Shown here one piece after another: positions 17,455 to 26,907 of a stretch of 64,000 nucleotides of DNA (position 1 is its first letter; each line of letters opens with the position of its first letter). A model generated the notes under the pieces. The model made no database searches and had not been told where the DNA came from. It worked only from the letters and a program-made list of their open reading frames with translations. This DNA comes from Thermoanaerobaculia bacterium (GTDB lineage: Bacteria > Acidobacteriota > Thermoanaerobaculia > Gp7-AA8): the NCBI GenBank assembly GCA_035276475.1, contig DATELQ010000052.1, forward strand, positions 67 through 64,066, written 5' to 3'. The translations under genes were made by a program, and so were the position numbers.

Positions 17455-18890
17455 GGCAATCGAATCGACTGCCCGTGGTGGAACACGTTCCCCGGATCCC
17501 ACCGCTTCTTCACCCGCTGCAGGCGCGGATAGCTGTCGAGGTAGTACAACCGCGCCCAGTCGCGCAGATCGGTGTCCGGATAGTTGACGTAGCAGCCGTC
17601 CATCGTCGCGTTGGGCAGCGGGCCTTCGGGGCCGTACATGTCGTCGTAAAACGCCCGGATCCAGCGCAGGTTCTCGTCCTGCTCGAGCGGGTTGTTCCAG
17701 TACGTCTGGTACTGCAGCTTCATGATCGACGACCGCTGCGGCACCGCCGTCGCCTCCGAGTCGACCGCGTTGATCCGGCAGCCGTACGAGTCGACCTGCA
17801 GCAGCGCCTGCGGGACGTCGCTGTCGTTCGTGAGATGCGTCCACATCTTCGCGATCTGCGCGTCGGGAAACGGCTGCTTCATGTACGCCGACTTGTACTT
17901 CCCGTACTGATTCGGGCCGGAGGGATCGAACGTCTGCGTCGCATACAGCCACGGCATCGCCGTGACGTCGTTGTGCCGCATCGGGTGGAAGTGGCGGCCG
18001 ACGGGGACGACCTGCGGCACGAAGGGGCCGACGGCGTGGCGCATGCGCTCGACCAGCTCCTCGACCGGCCCGGCCCCGCTGCCGACGTTCTGGATCGTCA
18101 GCACGATCTGCGACGCCGACTTGTGCGTGAGGTGCAGCAGCGTGAAGAGTCCGGCGAACGGACTGCCGGGGGCGCTGTTCTCGCGCAGGAAGTCGCCGTA
18201 CGCCTGCACCAGCCGCGCGAACTTCCCGGGCGTCATCGCGCTCCAGTCCCAGGCCAGGTTCGCGACGTACGCCTCCGGCGGCGCGGGCGGAAGCTCGCGG
18301 AAAAAGAACCGCGTCACGATGCCGAAGTTGCCTCCGCCGCCGCCCTGATTGACCCAGAGGAGCTCGCGCTCGTCGCCGTGCGAGTCGGCCGTGACCGTCG
18401 CCGCGTGCGCGCGGCCGTCCGCGTCGACGACGACGATCTCGACGCCGGTCAGCCAGTCGACCGTGAGTCCGTGCAGCCGCGACAGCAGCCCGTATCCGCC
18501 GCCGGTGATGTGCCCGCCCGCACCGACGGAGTAGCACGACCCCGCCGGCAGCGCCACGTCGTACTCCTTGTACAGATTCCAGTAGACGTTCCAGAGCGTG
18601 CAGCCGGCTTCGATGCAGTACGCCCGCCGGGCGTCGTCGTAATAGACGCGGTTCATCGGCGCCGTGTCGACGATGACGCCGCCGTCGTTGCCGACCGCGA
18701 AGTCCTCGTAGCAATGTCCGCCGCTGCGCACCGTGATGCGGCGCTTCGCGTCGACGGCCTCCTGCACCGTTCTCTCGACCTGGCCGGTGTCGCCGCACAC
18801 CTGGATGAACGCCGGCTTGCCGGCCCAGCGGAGATTGAAGCCGCGGATCAGCGTCTGGTAGCGCGGGTCGTCGGGACCGACTTTGCTCAC
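17451..18890 (-). CDS. FAD-linked oxidase, berberine-bridge-enzyme/VAO family
   Basis: VRSGGHCYEDF, AGSCYSVGAGGHITGGGYG, C-terminal YVNYPD...KKRWDPGNVF. Confidence 0.92.
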   Translation of the reverse strand: MSKVGPDDPRYQTLIRGFNLRWAGKPAFIQVCGDTGQVERTVQEAVDAKRRITVRSGGHCYEDFAVGNDGGVIVDTAPMNRVYYDDARRAYCIEAGCTLWNVYWNLYKEYDVALPAGSCYSVGAGGHITGGGYGLLSRLHGLTVDWLTGVEIVVVDADGRAHAATVTADSHGDERELLWVNQGGGGGNFGIVTRFFFRELPPAPPEAYVANLAWDWSAMTPGKFARLVQAYGDFLRENSAPGSPFAGLFTLLHLTHKSASQIVLTIQNVGSGAGPVEELVERMRHAVGPFVPQVVPVGRHFHPMRHNDVTAMPWLYATQTFDPSGPNQYGKYKSAYMKQPFPDAQIAKMWTHLTNDSDVPQALLQVDSYGCRINAVDSEATAVPQRSSIMKLQYQTYWNNPLEQDENLRWIRAFYDDMYGPEGPLPNATMDGCYVNYPDTDLRDWARLYYLDSYPRLQRVKKRWDPGNVFHHGQSIRLP

Positions 18891-18947
18891 GGAAGAGGAG
18901 TAGCGGCAGCGCGGAGATCCCTACCCCCGCGGAGTACAATCGCGTCG

Positions 18948-19397
18948 ATGATCCCGAGACTCGCGCTGCTCCTTCTCTTCGTCGCCGGCTCCGCGGTCGC
19001 GCAGGAATTCGGCCGCGCCGACGGCGGCGACCTCCAGCTCCAGGTCAAGCAGCCGGGCGGCTTCTCCGGCTCCCTCGGACTCTCCTTCTCGAACGGCCCC
19101 TTCGGGTCGAAGCAATTCGGCGGCACCCTCGGCGGCGCGCTCATCGCGGACAAGCTCTGGTTCTTCGCCACGGGAGAGCGCAATCGTCAGTACGCCTCCG
19201 TCACCCCGCAGCTCAATGACCGCCAGGTTCTCACCGCGGCCGCCGGCACCGGACGGGAGCAGACGCCCACGCTCACGTTGCCGTCGTCATTCCTCTCGAT
19301 GCGCTACACCGGCATGCTCTCGAGCAGCTCGTACTTCACCGCGAACGTGACGACGCGAAGAACGACCGCCGAGCCGGCGCTCGTCCTCTTCCACTAG
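18948..19397 (+). CDS. Small secreted protein resembling a fragment of Oar-type TonB-dependent receptors
   Basis: Signal peptide; EFGRADGG, FSGS, QFGGTLGGALIADKLWFF. TACAAT lies 7 nt before the ATG. Confidence 0.6.
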   Translation: MIPRLALLLLFVAGSAVAQEFGRADGGDLQLQVKQPGGFSGSLGLSFSNGPFGSKQFGGTLGGALIADKLWFFATGERNRQYASVTPQLNDRQVLTAAAGTGREQTPTLTLPSSFLSMRYTGMLSSSSYFTANVTTRRTTAEPALVLFH

Positions 19398-20026
19398 AAG
19401 CCGTACTTCGCCTTATCCCGCCCGATCCGCTTCAGCGCCACGATCGCCGGGACGAAGTCGCGCGTCTCGCCGGGGAGCTTCTGCCAGATCCGGTAGTAGT
19501 CGCGGTCGTGCCCCGTCTCCCGCCCGAACGTCTCCTTCATGATCCGCGCGACGCGGTTCTCGCCCGAGTTGTACGCCGCCGCGGCCAGGTACCAGCAGCC
19601 GAAGCGCTTGTAGAGGTGCTCGAGAAAGTCGAGCGCCGCCTCCGTCTCCTTCTCCAGGTTCTTCCGCTCGTCGACCTTCTTGTTCACGCGCAGGCCGTAC
19701 AGATGCGCCGTCGCCTTCGTCAGCTGCCACACCCCGACCGCTTCCTCGGCAGAGTGTGCCTCGCGGTCGAACGCCGACTCCTCGAAGGCCAGATAGATGA
19801 GGTTCTGCGGCAGGCCGCGCGCCCGCAGCTTGCTCGTGATCAGCTTCTGGACGTGCGGCTTCCGCTCGAAGCCGGCCGCGATCCTCTTGCGGTACTCCGG
19901 CGTATGGCTGAACTGGTCGACCCAGTAGTCGACCCGCTCGTGCTTGAGGTCGGGCAGCACATCGCGCTGGCCGGCCATTGCGGCGGCGGCGGCGAAAAAG
20001 ACGGCGAAAGCGGCAAAATGGCGCAT
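19394..20026 (-). CDS. Lytic transglycosylase (SLT, MltD-like)
   Basis: Signal peptide; LAFEESAF (catalytic Glu), AVGVWQL, AAAYNSGE, ETRDFVP. Confidence 0.9.
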   Translation of the reverse strand: MRHFAAFAVFFAAAAAMAGQRDVLPDLKHERVDYWVDQFSHTPEYRKRIAAGFERKPHVQKLITSKLRARGLPQNLIYLAFEESAFDREAHSAEEAVGVWQLTKATAHLYGLRVNKKVDERKNLEKETEAALDFLEHLYKRFGCWYLAAAAYNSGENRVARIMKETFGRETGHDRDYYRIWQKLPGETRDFVPAIVALKRIGRDKAKYGF

Positions 20027-20041
20027 CGAAGTTACCGTTCG

Positions 20042-20057
20042 TGCAAAGCCATTGCCG
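20042..20057 (-). promoter_or_regulatory. Candidate sigma-54 promoter
   Basis: CGGCAA-TGGCT-TTGCA; GG-N10-GC spacing just upstream of the transglycosylase. Confidence 0.4.
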
Positions 20058-20109
20058 CGGCCGGCGGACCGTGAATATTTTCTTGGTGGAGGGCTGTTCC
20101 CCTCGCGAC

Positions 20110-22164
20110 ATGAAGAGATTCGCACTCCTCCTCTCGCTGCTCACTCTCCTTTCCACCGCCGGGTTGCGCGCCGCTGACGCGCCGTCGGCGACGCAGACCG
20201 CGCAGCGCTACGGCAAATGGGGCGTCGATCTCGACGCCATGGACCGCAGCGTCAAGCCCGGCGACGACTTTTTCCGCTTCGTCAACGGCAAGTGGGCTTC
20301 CACCGCCCAGATCCCGGCCGACAAGACGAGCCTCGGATCGTTCGCGCTCCTCCGCGACCTCTCCGAGGCGCGCGTGCACGAGATCCTGGAGCGCTGGGCC
20401 GCCGCCAAGAACCTCAAGCCCGGCAGTGACGAGGCCAAGGTCGCCGCGATCTACCGCTCGTTCATGGACGAGGCGACGATCGAGAAGTTCGACAGCAAGC
20501 CCATCCAGCCGTTTCTCGACGCCGTTGCGAAAGCCAAAACCCTCGACGACGTCGCCCGCCTGATGGCCGACTCGCAGGGCGGCTTCGGCAGCTCGTTCTT
20601 CCGCGCCGGCATCGGCGACGACCAGAAGAACCCCGACAAGAACACGCTTTATCTCTCGCAGGCCGGCTTGGGCCTCCCCGACCGCGAGTACTACCTGCAG
20701 GACAAGTTCAAGGAGCAGCGCGAGCACTACCAGCAGTACGTCAGCGACATGCTGAAGCTGGCCGGCTGGCCCGAGCCGGAGAAGAACGCCGCCGACGTCG
20801 TGGCGCTCGAGACCAAGATCGCCGAGGCGCATTGGACGCGCGCCGAAGGGCGCAACCGGGACAAGACGTACAACCTCATGACCTTCGCCGAGCTGGAGAA
20901 GAACGCCGCCGGCTTCCCCTGGAGCGTCTACTTCAAGGAAGCGGGCCTGGAGAAGGCCGGCCGCGCCGTCGTCCGCCAGAACACGGCGTTCCCGAAGATC
21001 GCCAACGTCTTCGCCGCCACGCCCGTCGACACGCTGAAGGCGTGGGAGGCGTTCCACATCGTCGACGAGACCTCGCCGCTGCTCTCGAAGCGCTTCGCCG
21101 ACGCGCAGTGGGAGTTCCGCTCGAAGTACCTCAATGGCACGAAGGAACAGCGCCCCCGCTGGAAGCGCGGCACGCAGGCCGCCGAGATCTCCATGGGCGA
21201 GGCGATCGGCCGCACGTACGTGGCCGAGTACTTCCCGCCGGAGTCGAAGGCGAAGATGGAGTCGCTCGTCAGCGATCTCCGCACGGCGCTCCGTGCCCGC
21301 ATCGAGAAGCTGGAGTGGATGAAGCCGGAGACGAAGGCGAAGGCGCTGGAGAAGCTGGCCAAGTTCAACGTGAAGATCGGCTATCCGACGAAGTGGCGCG
21401 ACTATTCGGCGCTGCAGGTGAAAGACGGTGACGCCGTCGGCAACGTCCTCAGCTCCGCGAAGTTCCAGTGGGCCCGCGACCTGGCCGATCTCAACAAGCC
21501 GACCGACAAGACCGAGTGGGGCATGACGCCGCAGACGGTCAACGCCTACTACAACTCGACGAAGAACGAGATCGTCTTCCCCGCCGCGATTCTGCAGCCG
21601 CCCTTCTTCGATCCGAAGGCCGACCCGGCCGTGAACTACGGTGCGATCGGCGGCGTGATCGGACACGAGATCACGCACGGCTTCGACGATCAGGGCCGCA
21701 AGTCCGACGGCAACGGCGTGCTCACCGACTGGTGGGTCGCCGACGACGCCGCGAAGTTCGAGGCGCAGGCGACGAAGCTCGGCGCGCAGTACGAGGCGGT
21801 GAATTTCCCGACGCTGCCCGGCATGCACATCACCGGACGCCTGACGATGGGCGAGAACATCGCGGACCTCGGCGGGATCCTGCTCGCGCTCGACGCCTAC
21901 AAGGTGTCGCTCAAGGGCCAGCCTGCCCCGGTGCTGGACGGCTTCACCGGCCAGCAGCGCGTGTTCCTCGGCTGGGCCCAGGTGTGGCGCTCCGTGATGC
22001 GCGACGACACCCTCCGCCAGCTCCTCATGACCGACTCCCACTCCCCCGCCCCCGTCCGCGCCATCGCCCCGCTCCGCAACGTGGACGCGTGGTACGACGC
22101 GTTCGGCGTGAAGGAGGGAGAGGCGAATTACGTGAAGCCGGAAGAGCGAGTCAGAATCTGGTAA
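20110..22164 (+). CDS. M13 family metallopeptidase (PepO/neprilysin-like)
   Basis: Signal peptide; VNAYY, HEITHGFD, GENIADLGG, HSP. Confidence 0.95.
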   Translation: MKRFALLLSLLTLLSTAGLRAADAPSATQTAQRYGKWGVDLDAMDRSVKPGDDFFRFVNGKWASTAQIPADKTSLGSFALLRDLSEARVHEILERWAAAKNLKPGSDEAKVAAIYRSFMDEATIEKFDSKPIQPFLDAVAKAKTLDDVARLMADSQGGFGSSFFRAGIGDDQKNPDKNTLYLSQAGLGLPDREYYLQDKFKEQREHYQQYVSDMLKLAGWPEPEKNAADVVALETKIAEAHWTRAEGRNRDKTYNLMTFAELEKNAAGFPWSVYFKEAGLEKAGRAVVRQNTAFPKIANVFAATPVDTLKAWEAFHIVDETSPLLSKRFADAQWEFRSKYLNGTKEQRPRWKRGTQAAEISMGEAIGRTYVAEYFPPESKAKMESLVSDLRTALRARIEKLEWMKPETKAKALEKLAKFNVKIGYPTKWRDYSALQVKDGDAVGNVLSSAKFQWARDLADLNKPTDKTEWGMTPQTVNAYYNSTKNEIVFPAAILQPPFFDPKADPAVNYGAIGGVIGHEITHGFDDQGRKSDGNGVLTDWWVADDAAKFEAQATKLGAQYEAVNFPTLPGMHITGRLTMGENIADLGGILLALDAYKVSLKGQPAPVLDGFTGQQRVFLGWAQVWRSVMRDDTLRQLLMTDSHSPAPVRAIAPLRNVDAWYDAFGVKEGEANYVKPEERVRIW

Positions 22165-22185
22165 GTTCCGATTGCTCGTAACGTG

Positions 22186-22219
22186 AAACGGCCGCCTCCG
22201 GGCGGCCGTTTTTGTTTTT
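22186..22219 (+). terminator. Rho-independent terminator
   Basis: AAACGGCCGCC-tccg-GGCGGCCGTTT followed by TTGTTTTT. Confidence 0.85.
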
Positions 22220-22619
22220 ATGTGGTGAACCGTTCCGGCGAGATGGACAGATCGGGGCACGCGGCCAACAAGCCGCGGTCCGCCGTCACCAGAGGCACCT
22301 CGAGGTTAACGGCCGCAACGACGAACTGGGCGTCATACGCGGAGAGCTTCCGCTCCGCCGCCATCTCCAACACGTCGTCTCCCGACGGCTCCATCTCGCT
22401 TCGACCGAAAATTGTTTGCGCCCGCCGCCATGTCTCGTGCGCCTCGGCTAGCGTGAGAACGTGCGCACACACCGCCGTTGTGAGGACGTTCAGAAACTCG
22501 CTGCGCCAAAGCGTCGGTAGCATCCAGCGCGGATCTTTCGCCCATACGGCTCGCGCCATCTCCGTCTTTTCCCCCTCGATTAGCAGGTAAGCCACGAGGT
22601 TCGTGTCAGCCACGATCAC
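22218..22619 (-). CDS. vapC: VapC/PIN-domain toxin
   Basis: MIVADTNLVAY, SEFLNVL, LSAYDAQFV, LVTADRGL. Confidence 0.9.
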   Translation of the reverse strand: MIVADTNLVAYLLIEGEKTEMARAVWAKDPRWMLPTLWRSEFLNVLTTAVCAHVLTLAEAHETWRRAQTIFGRSEMEPSGDDVLEMAAERKLSAYDAQFVVAAVNLEVPLVTADRGLLAACPDLSISPERFTT

Positions 22620-22846
22620 CGGTCTCTCCGCCGAGCGCGGTCGATGATCGTCTGACGGAGCGGATGCCGGCCACGCACGCGCAAGCGATCGATCTCTTCA
22701 AGCGTCGGCGGACCGGAGCGGTCATGGAGTGCCGCCTCCAGAATGGTGATCGCCTCACTGCTGAGACTGCGCCGGTTCGCCGCCGCGCGCGTCTTCAGTT
22801 TTCGATGAAGCTCCTTCGGAAGTTCCTTGATCAGCAGAGCGGCCAT
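22616..22846 (-). CDS. FitA/Arc-like ribbon-helix-helix antitoxin
   Basis: MAALLIKELPKELHRKLKTRAAANRRSLSSEAITIL; 4-nt overlap with vapC. Confidence 0.88.
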   Translation of the reverse strand: MAALLIKELPKELHRKLKTRAAANRRSLSSEAITILEAALHDRSGPPTLEEIDRLRVRGRHPLRQTIIDRARRRDR

Positions 22847-22855
22847 GGTATCGAA

Positions 22856-22882
22856 AGTATAGCAAAGCGCTAGTGCTATGCT
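22856..22882. promoter_or_regulatory. Back-to-back extended -10 elements / possible antitoxin operator
   Basis: TGCTATACT on the minus strand (22856-22864) and TGCTATGCT on the plus strand (22874-22882), forming ATAGCA-N9-TGCTAT. Confidence 0.5.
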
Positions 22883-22899
22883 GCGCGCCAGGAGGAACG

Positions 22900-23214
22900 A
22901 TGAAGAACCCATCCGAGCCCCTCTACATCGGCGTCGGCAGTCACGCCGTGGCCATCGACCGCGCCACCGGCGCCGAGCTTTGGCGGACGAAGCTCAAGTC
23001 ATCGAGCTTCGTGACCGTCTACTCCGACCGCGACGGCCTCTACGCCGGCGCGAAGGGAGAGCTCTTCTGCCTCGACCGCACCACCGGCAGCATCCTCTGG
23101 CACAACCGCCTGAACGGCCTCGGAATGAACGTCATCACGTTCAGCGGCAGCGGCACGACCGCGCTGTTGGATCGCGCAACAACAAGCGGCCCTGGGGGCC
23201 GCAGCACGGGGTGA
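22900..23214 (+). CDS. Small PQQ-like beta-propeller repeat protein
   Basis: AIDRATGAELWR and CLDRTTGSILWH blades; SD GGAGG. Confidence 0.75.
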   Translation: MKNPSEPLYIGVGSHAVAIDRATGAELWRTKLKSSSFVTVYSDRDGLYAGAKGELFCLDRTTGSILWHNRLNGLGMNVITFSGSGTTALLDRATTSGPGGRSTG

Positions 23215-23236
23215 GCGTCTTGCACGCTCCTCCGCC

Positions 23237-24613
23237 GTGGACTGGTTCGACGGCCTCTGGCTCGTCCGCCTCCTCTTCCTCCGCGGCCTCGCGGCGATCT
23301 ACCTCGTCGCCTTCCTCTCCGCGCTGAACCAATTCCCCGCGCTCCTCGGCGAGCGCGGGCTCCTCCCGGTGCGCGACTTCCTCGACGTTGTCACGTTCCG
23401 CGACGCGCCGTCGCTCTTCCACTGGCGGTACTCGGACCGGCTCCTCCGCGCCGTCGCACGGAGCGGTATCGCGCTCGCGGCCATCTCGCTCATCGGCGTC
23501 ACCGACAAAGCTCCGTGGCCGCTCTTCCTCGCCATCTGGCTCGCGATGTGGGCGCTCTACCTCTCCATCGTCAACGTCGGCCAGACCTTCTACGCCTTCG
23601 GATGGGAGTCGATGCTCTGCGAGGCCGGCTTCTTCGCCGCATTCCTCGGGCCCGCACACCTGCGGACGCCCGCCATCGTCATCGTCCTCCTCCGCTGGAT
23701 GCTCTTCCGCGTCGAGCTCGGCGCGGGCCTCATCAAGCTCCGCCACGACCAATGCTGGCGCGATCTCACCTGCCTCTATTACCACTACGAGACCCAGCCG
23801 CTCCCGAACCCGCTGAGTCGCCTCTTCCACCGCGTACCGAAGCCGCTGCACCGCTGGAGCGTCGCCTTCAGCCACTTCGTGCAGATCGTCGCGCCGTTCG
23901 GCCTCTTCGCGCCGCAGCCGATCGCGTCGATCGCCGCGGCGCTGGCCATCGCGCAGCAGCTCCTCCTGATCGTCAGCGGCAACTACGCCTGGCTGAACTG
24001 GCTGACCGTCATCCTCGGCGTGACCGGCTTCAGCGACGCGATCCTTTACGTGCGTACACCCGCGACCGCGCCGCGTCCGATGGCCTTCGACGTCATCCTC
24101 TACGCGCTCGCCGCGCTCACCGCGATCCTGAGCATCCGCCCCGCGCTCAACTTTTTCTCGCGCAACCAATACATGAACTACTGCTGGAACCGATTCCACC
24201 TTGTCTGCGCGTACGGCGCGTTCGGCAGCATCACCAAGGAGCGCTTCGAGGTCGTGCTCGAAGGAAGCAACGAGGGCGTGGAGTGGAAGGAGTACGGCTT
24301 CCGCGCCAAGCCGGGCGACACCGCGCGGCGGCCGCCGCAGGTCGCGCCGTACCACCTCCGCCTCGACTGGCTGATGTGGTTCCTCCCCTTCTCCGTGCAC
24401 GCGCCGGGCTACGAGCGCTGGTTCATCCGCCTCGTGCAGCGGCTCCTCAAGGGCGACGCGCAAACGCTCGCGCTCCTGCGCCACAACCCCTTCCCCGATG
24501 CGCCGCCGAAGTACATCCGCGCCGGCTACTACCTCTATCGCTTCGGCGAGAAGGAGTGGTGGACGCGCGAGCGCATCGGCGACTACCTGCCGATCATGGC
24601 GCGCTCTGTGTAA
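23237..24613 (+). CDS. Lipase maturation factor (LMF1) family membrane protein
   Basis: RGLAAIYLVAF, FGWESMLCEAGF, HYETQPLPNP, APYHLRLDWLMWF. Confidence 0.92.
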   Translation: MDWFDGLWLVRLLFLRGLAAIYLVAFLSALNQFPALLGERGLLPVRDFLDVVTFRDAPSLFHWRYSDRLLRAVARSGIALAAISLIGVTDKAPWPLFLAIWLAMWALYLSIVNVGQTFYAFGWESMLCEAGFFAAFLGPAHLRTPAIVIVLLRWMLFRVELGAGLIKLRHDQCWRDLTCLYYHYETQPLPNPLSRLFHRVPKPLHRWSVAFSHFVQIVAPFGLFAPQPIASIAAALAIAQQLLLIVSGNYAWLNWLTVILGVTGFSDAILYVRTPATAPRPMAFDVILYALAALTAILSIRPALNFFSRNQYMNYCWNRFHLVCAYGAFGSITKERFEVVLEGSNEGVEWKEYGFRAKPGDTARRPPQVAPYHLRLDWLMWFLPFSVHAPGYERWFIRLVQRLLKGDAQTLALLRHNPFPDAPPKYIRAGYYLYRFGEKEWWTRERIGDYLPIMARSV

Positions 24614-24616
24614 CGC

Positions 24617-26161
24617 GTGAACGTCTTTCGCAAATGGGGCGAGCTGATGGTCCTCTCGCTCGCCCTGGCCATCATCATCATCGACTCCACGCTCCTCAAC
24701 GTCTCCCTCTCGACGCTGATCCGCGACCTCAACACGACCCTCCAGAAACTGCAGTGGGTGATCTCCGCGTACTCGCTGATCCTGGCCGCGCTCACCGTCA
24801 CGGGCGGGCGGATGGGCGATCTCTTTGGCCGCAAGCGGATGTTCATGACCGGCGCGGTCATCTTCGTCGTCGGCGCAGTCATCGCCTCCGTCAGCCACTC
24901 CTTCACCGTCCTCCTCCTCGGCGAGTCGATCGTCGAAGGCATCGGCGCCGCGCTGATGATGCCCTCGACCGCGGCGCTCCTCGTGGCCAAGTACCGCGGC
25001 CACGACCGCGCCGTCGCCTTCGGGATCTGGGGCGGCGTCGCCGCGGCCGCATCGGCGATCGGCCCGATCCTCGGCGGATTCCTCACGACGCACTACAGCT
25101 GGCGCTGGGGCTTCCGCATCAACGTCATCGTCGTGGCCGTGCTGCTCATCGGCTCGCGTCTCATCGACGACGCGCGCGACGAGCGCGAGAAATCGATCGA
25201 CTGGATCGGCGTTCTCCTCTCCTCCGTCGGCCTCTTCCTCGTCGTCTTCGGCATCATCGAGTCGGAGAGCTACGGCTGGCTGCGCGCGCGCAAGCCCTTC
25301 CCGCTCTGGCAGGCCGGCTCGATCTCCATCGCGCCGATCGCGCTCCTCGCCGGCGTCGCCGTCGTGGCCATCTTCTGCCTCTGGGAGTGGCGGATGGAGG
25401 CGCGCGGCGGCACGCCCATCGTGTCGATGCAGCTCTTCCGGAATACTGAGTTCGTTGCCGGCGCGGGCGTGATCGGCATCCTGATGCTCGCGCAGAACGG
25501 CGTCATCTTCTCGCTGCCGGTCTTCCTGCAGTCAGTGAAGCGCCTCGACGCCCTGCACACCGGCCTCACGCTCTTTCCGATGTCGCTCATGCTCCTCATC
25601 GTCTCGCCGCTCGCGGCGAAGTTCAGCAAGCGCATCGCCCACAAGCGGCTCGTACAGACGGGGCTCGTGCTCAACACCATCGCCATCGTCGTGCTGCGCT
25701 TCACCTTGAACTGGCCTGCTCCCGCGCTGGCGCTTTACGGCATCGGCCTGGGACTCGTGCTCTCGCAGATCAACAACCTGACTCTCTCCGCGGTGCCGGT
25801 GCGCGACGCCGGCGAAGCCTCGGGCGTTGCGAACACCTTCCGCCAGGTCGGCATCGCCTTCGGCGCGGCGACGATCGGCGCAGTGATGATCTCCACGATC
25901 CTCGTCCGGCTCGACGCCGCCGTCCCGCCGCAATCGAAGCCGGCGGTCGCGAAGATCCTCAACGCCAACGCCGCGGAGCTGGCGTTCGGCGAGAGCAGTG
26001 CGCTCAAGGAGCTGCCGCCGGCGGTCGTGAAACTGCGCCCTGCCGCCACGACGGTCGGCATCGAGCGCGCGCTGCTCTGGTGCGCTCTCTTCGCGCTCGT
26101 CGGCCTGGCCGTCTCAGCGTTCCTTCCGCTGCGGCCGCAAGGAGATAATCGCGCTTCATGA
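24617..26161 (+). CDS. MFS transporter (DHA2-like)
   Basis: DSTLLNVSL, GRMGDLFGRKR, GPILGGFLT; many TM segments. Confidence 0.92.
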   Translation: MNVFRKWGELMVLSLALAIIIIDSTLLNVSLSTLIRDLNTTLQKLQWVISAYSLILAALTVTGGRMGDLFGRKRMFMTGAVIFVVGAVIASVSHSFTVLLLGESIVEGIGAALMMPSTAALLVAKYRGHDRAVAFGIWGGVAAAASAIGPILGGFLTTHYSWRWGFRINVIVVAVLLIGSRLIDDARDEREKSIDWIGVLLSSVGLFLVVFGIIESESYGWLRARKPFPLWQAGSISIAPIALLAGVAVVAIFCLWEWRMEARGGTPIVSMQLFRNTEFVAGAGVIGILMLAQNGVIFSLPVFLQSVKRLDALHTGLTLFPMSLMLLIVSPLAAKFSKRIAHKRLVQTGLVLNTIAIVVLRFTLNWPAPALALYGIGLGLVLSQINNLTLSAVPVRDAGEASGVANTFRQVGIAFGAATIGAVMISTILVRLDAAVPPQSKPAVAKILNANAAELAFGESSALKELPPAVVKLRPAATTVGIERALLWCALFALVGLAVSAFLPLRPQGDNRAS

Positions 26162-26907
26162 AAACGATCGTGATCACCGGCGCGAGCGCTGGCATCGGCG
26201 CGGCCATGGCCCGGCGCCTGGCGCGCGACGGCAACCAGCTCGCTCTCGGTGCGCGGCGCGCCGAGGCGCTGCGCGCGGTCGTCGGAGAGATCGAGGCGGC
26301 GGCGATTACGGTGGTCGCCGACGTCACCCGCCGCGCCGACGTCGAGCGCCTCCGCGACGAAGCGATTCGCGCCTTCGGCAGCGTCGACGTCTGGATCAAC
26401 AACGCCGGCCGCGGCATCACCCGCTCGGTCCTCGAGCTGACCGACGCCGACGTCGACGAGATGATGTCGGTCAACCTCAAGTCGGCGCTCTACGGCATGC
26501 AGGCGATCGTCCCCTATTTCGTGAAGCGCGGGAGTGGACATCTCATCAACATCTCGTCGTTCCTGGCGCGCGTGCCGATCGCCGCGCACCGCTCGGCATA
26601 CAACGCGGCGAAGGCGGCGCTGAATGCGCTGACGTCGAACGTGCGCGCCGACGTCGCCGGCAGCGGCGTGGAGATCTCGACGGTGATGCCCGGCCTCGTC
26701 TCGACCGACTTCGCCAAGAACGTCCTCGGCACCGCGAGCACGACGCCGCCGCCGTGGACGCCGAACGCGGCGATGAAGCCGCAGACGGCCGACGAAGTGG
26801 CGGACGCGGTGGCGGAGCTGATCGAGCATCCGCGCGCGGAGATCTACACGAACCCGGCGAGCCGCGAGATGGCCCGCCGCTGGTTCGAAGGCCTCGAGGC
26901 GATTTGA
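26158..26907 (+). CDS. SDR oxidoreductase
   Basis: TGASAGIG, NNAG, YNAAK. Confidence 0.93.
   Translation: MKTIVITGASAGIGAAMARRLARDGNQLALGARRAEALRAVVGEIEAAAITVVADVTRRADVERLRDEAIRAFGSVDVWINNAGRGITRSVLELTDADVDEMMSVNLKSALYGMQAIVPYFVKRGSGHLINISSFLARVPIAAHRSAYNAAKAALNALTSNVRADVAGSGVEISTVMPGLVSTDFAKNVLGTASTTPPPWTPNAAMKPQTADEVADAVAELIEHPRAEIYTNPASREMARRWFEGLEAI

Noticed and set aside
12585-19397. Very long alternative-frame ORFs (e.g. 12585-15725, 15783-19397, 16195-18939, and similar ones throughout the window)
   Set aside because: These are shadow ORFs caused by high GC and codon bias opposite or overlapping well-supported genes, and are Arg/Ala/Pro-rich without motifs. Only the last 149 codons of 15783-19397 are kept as a gene.
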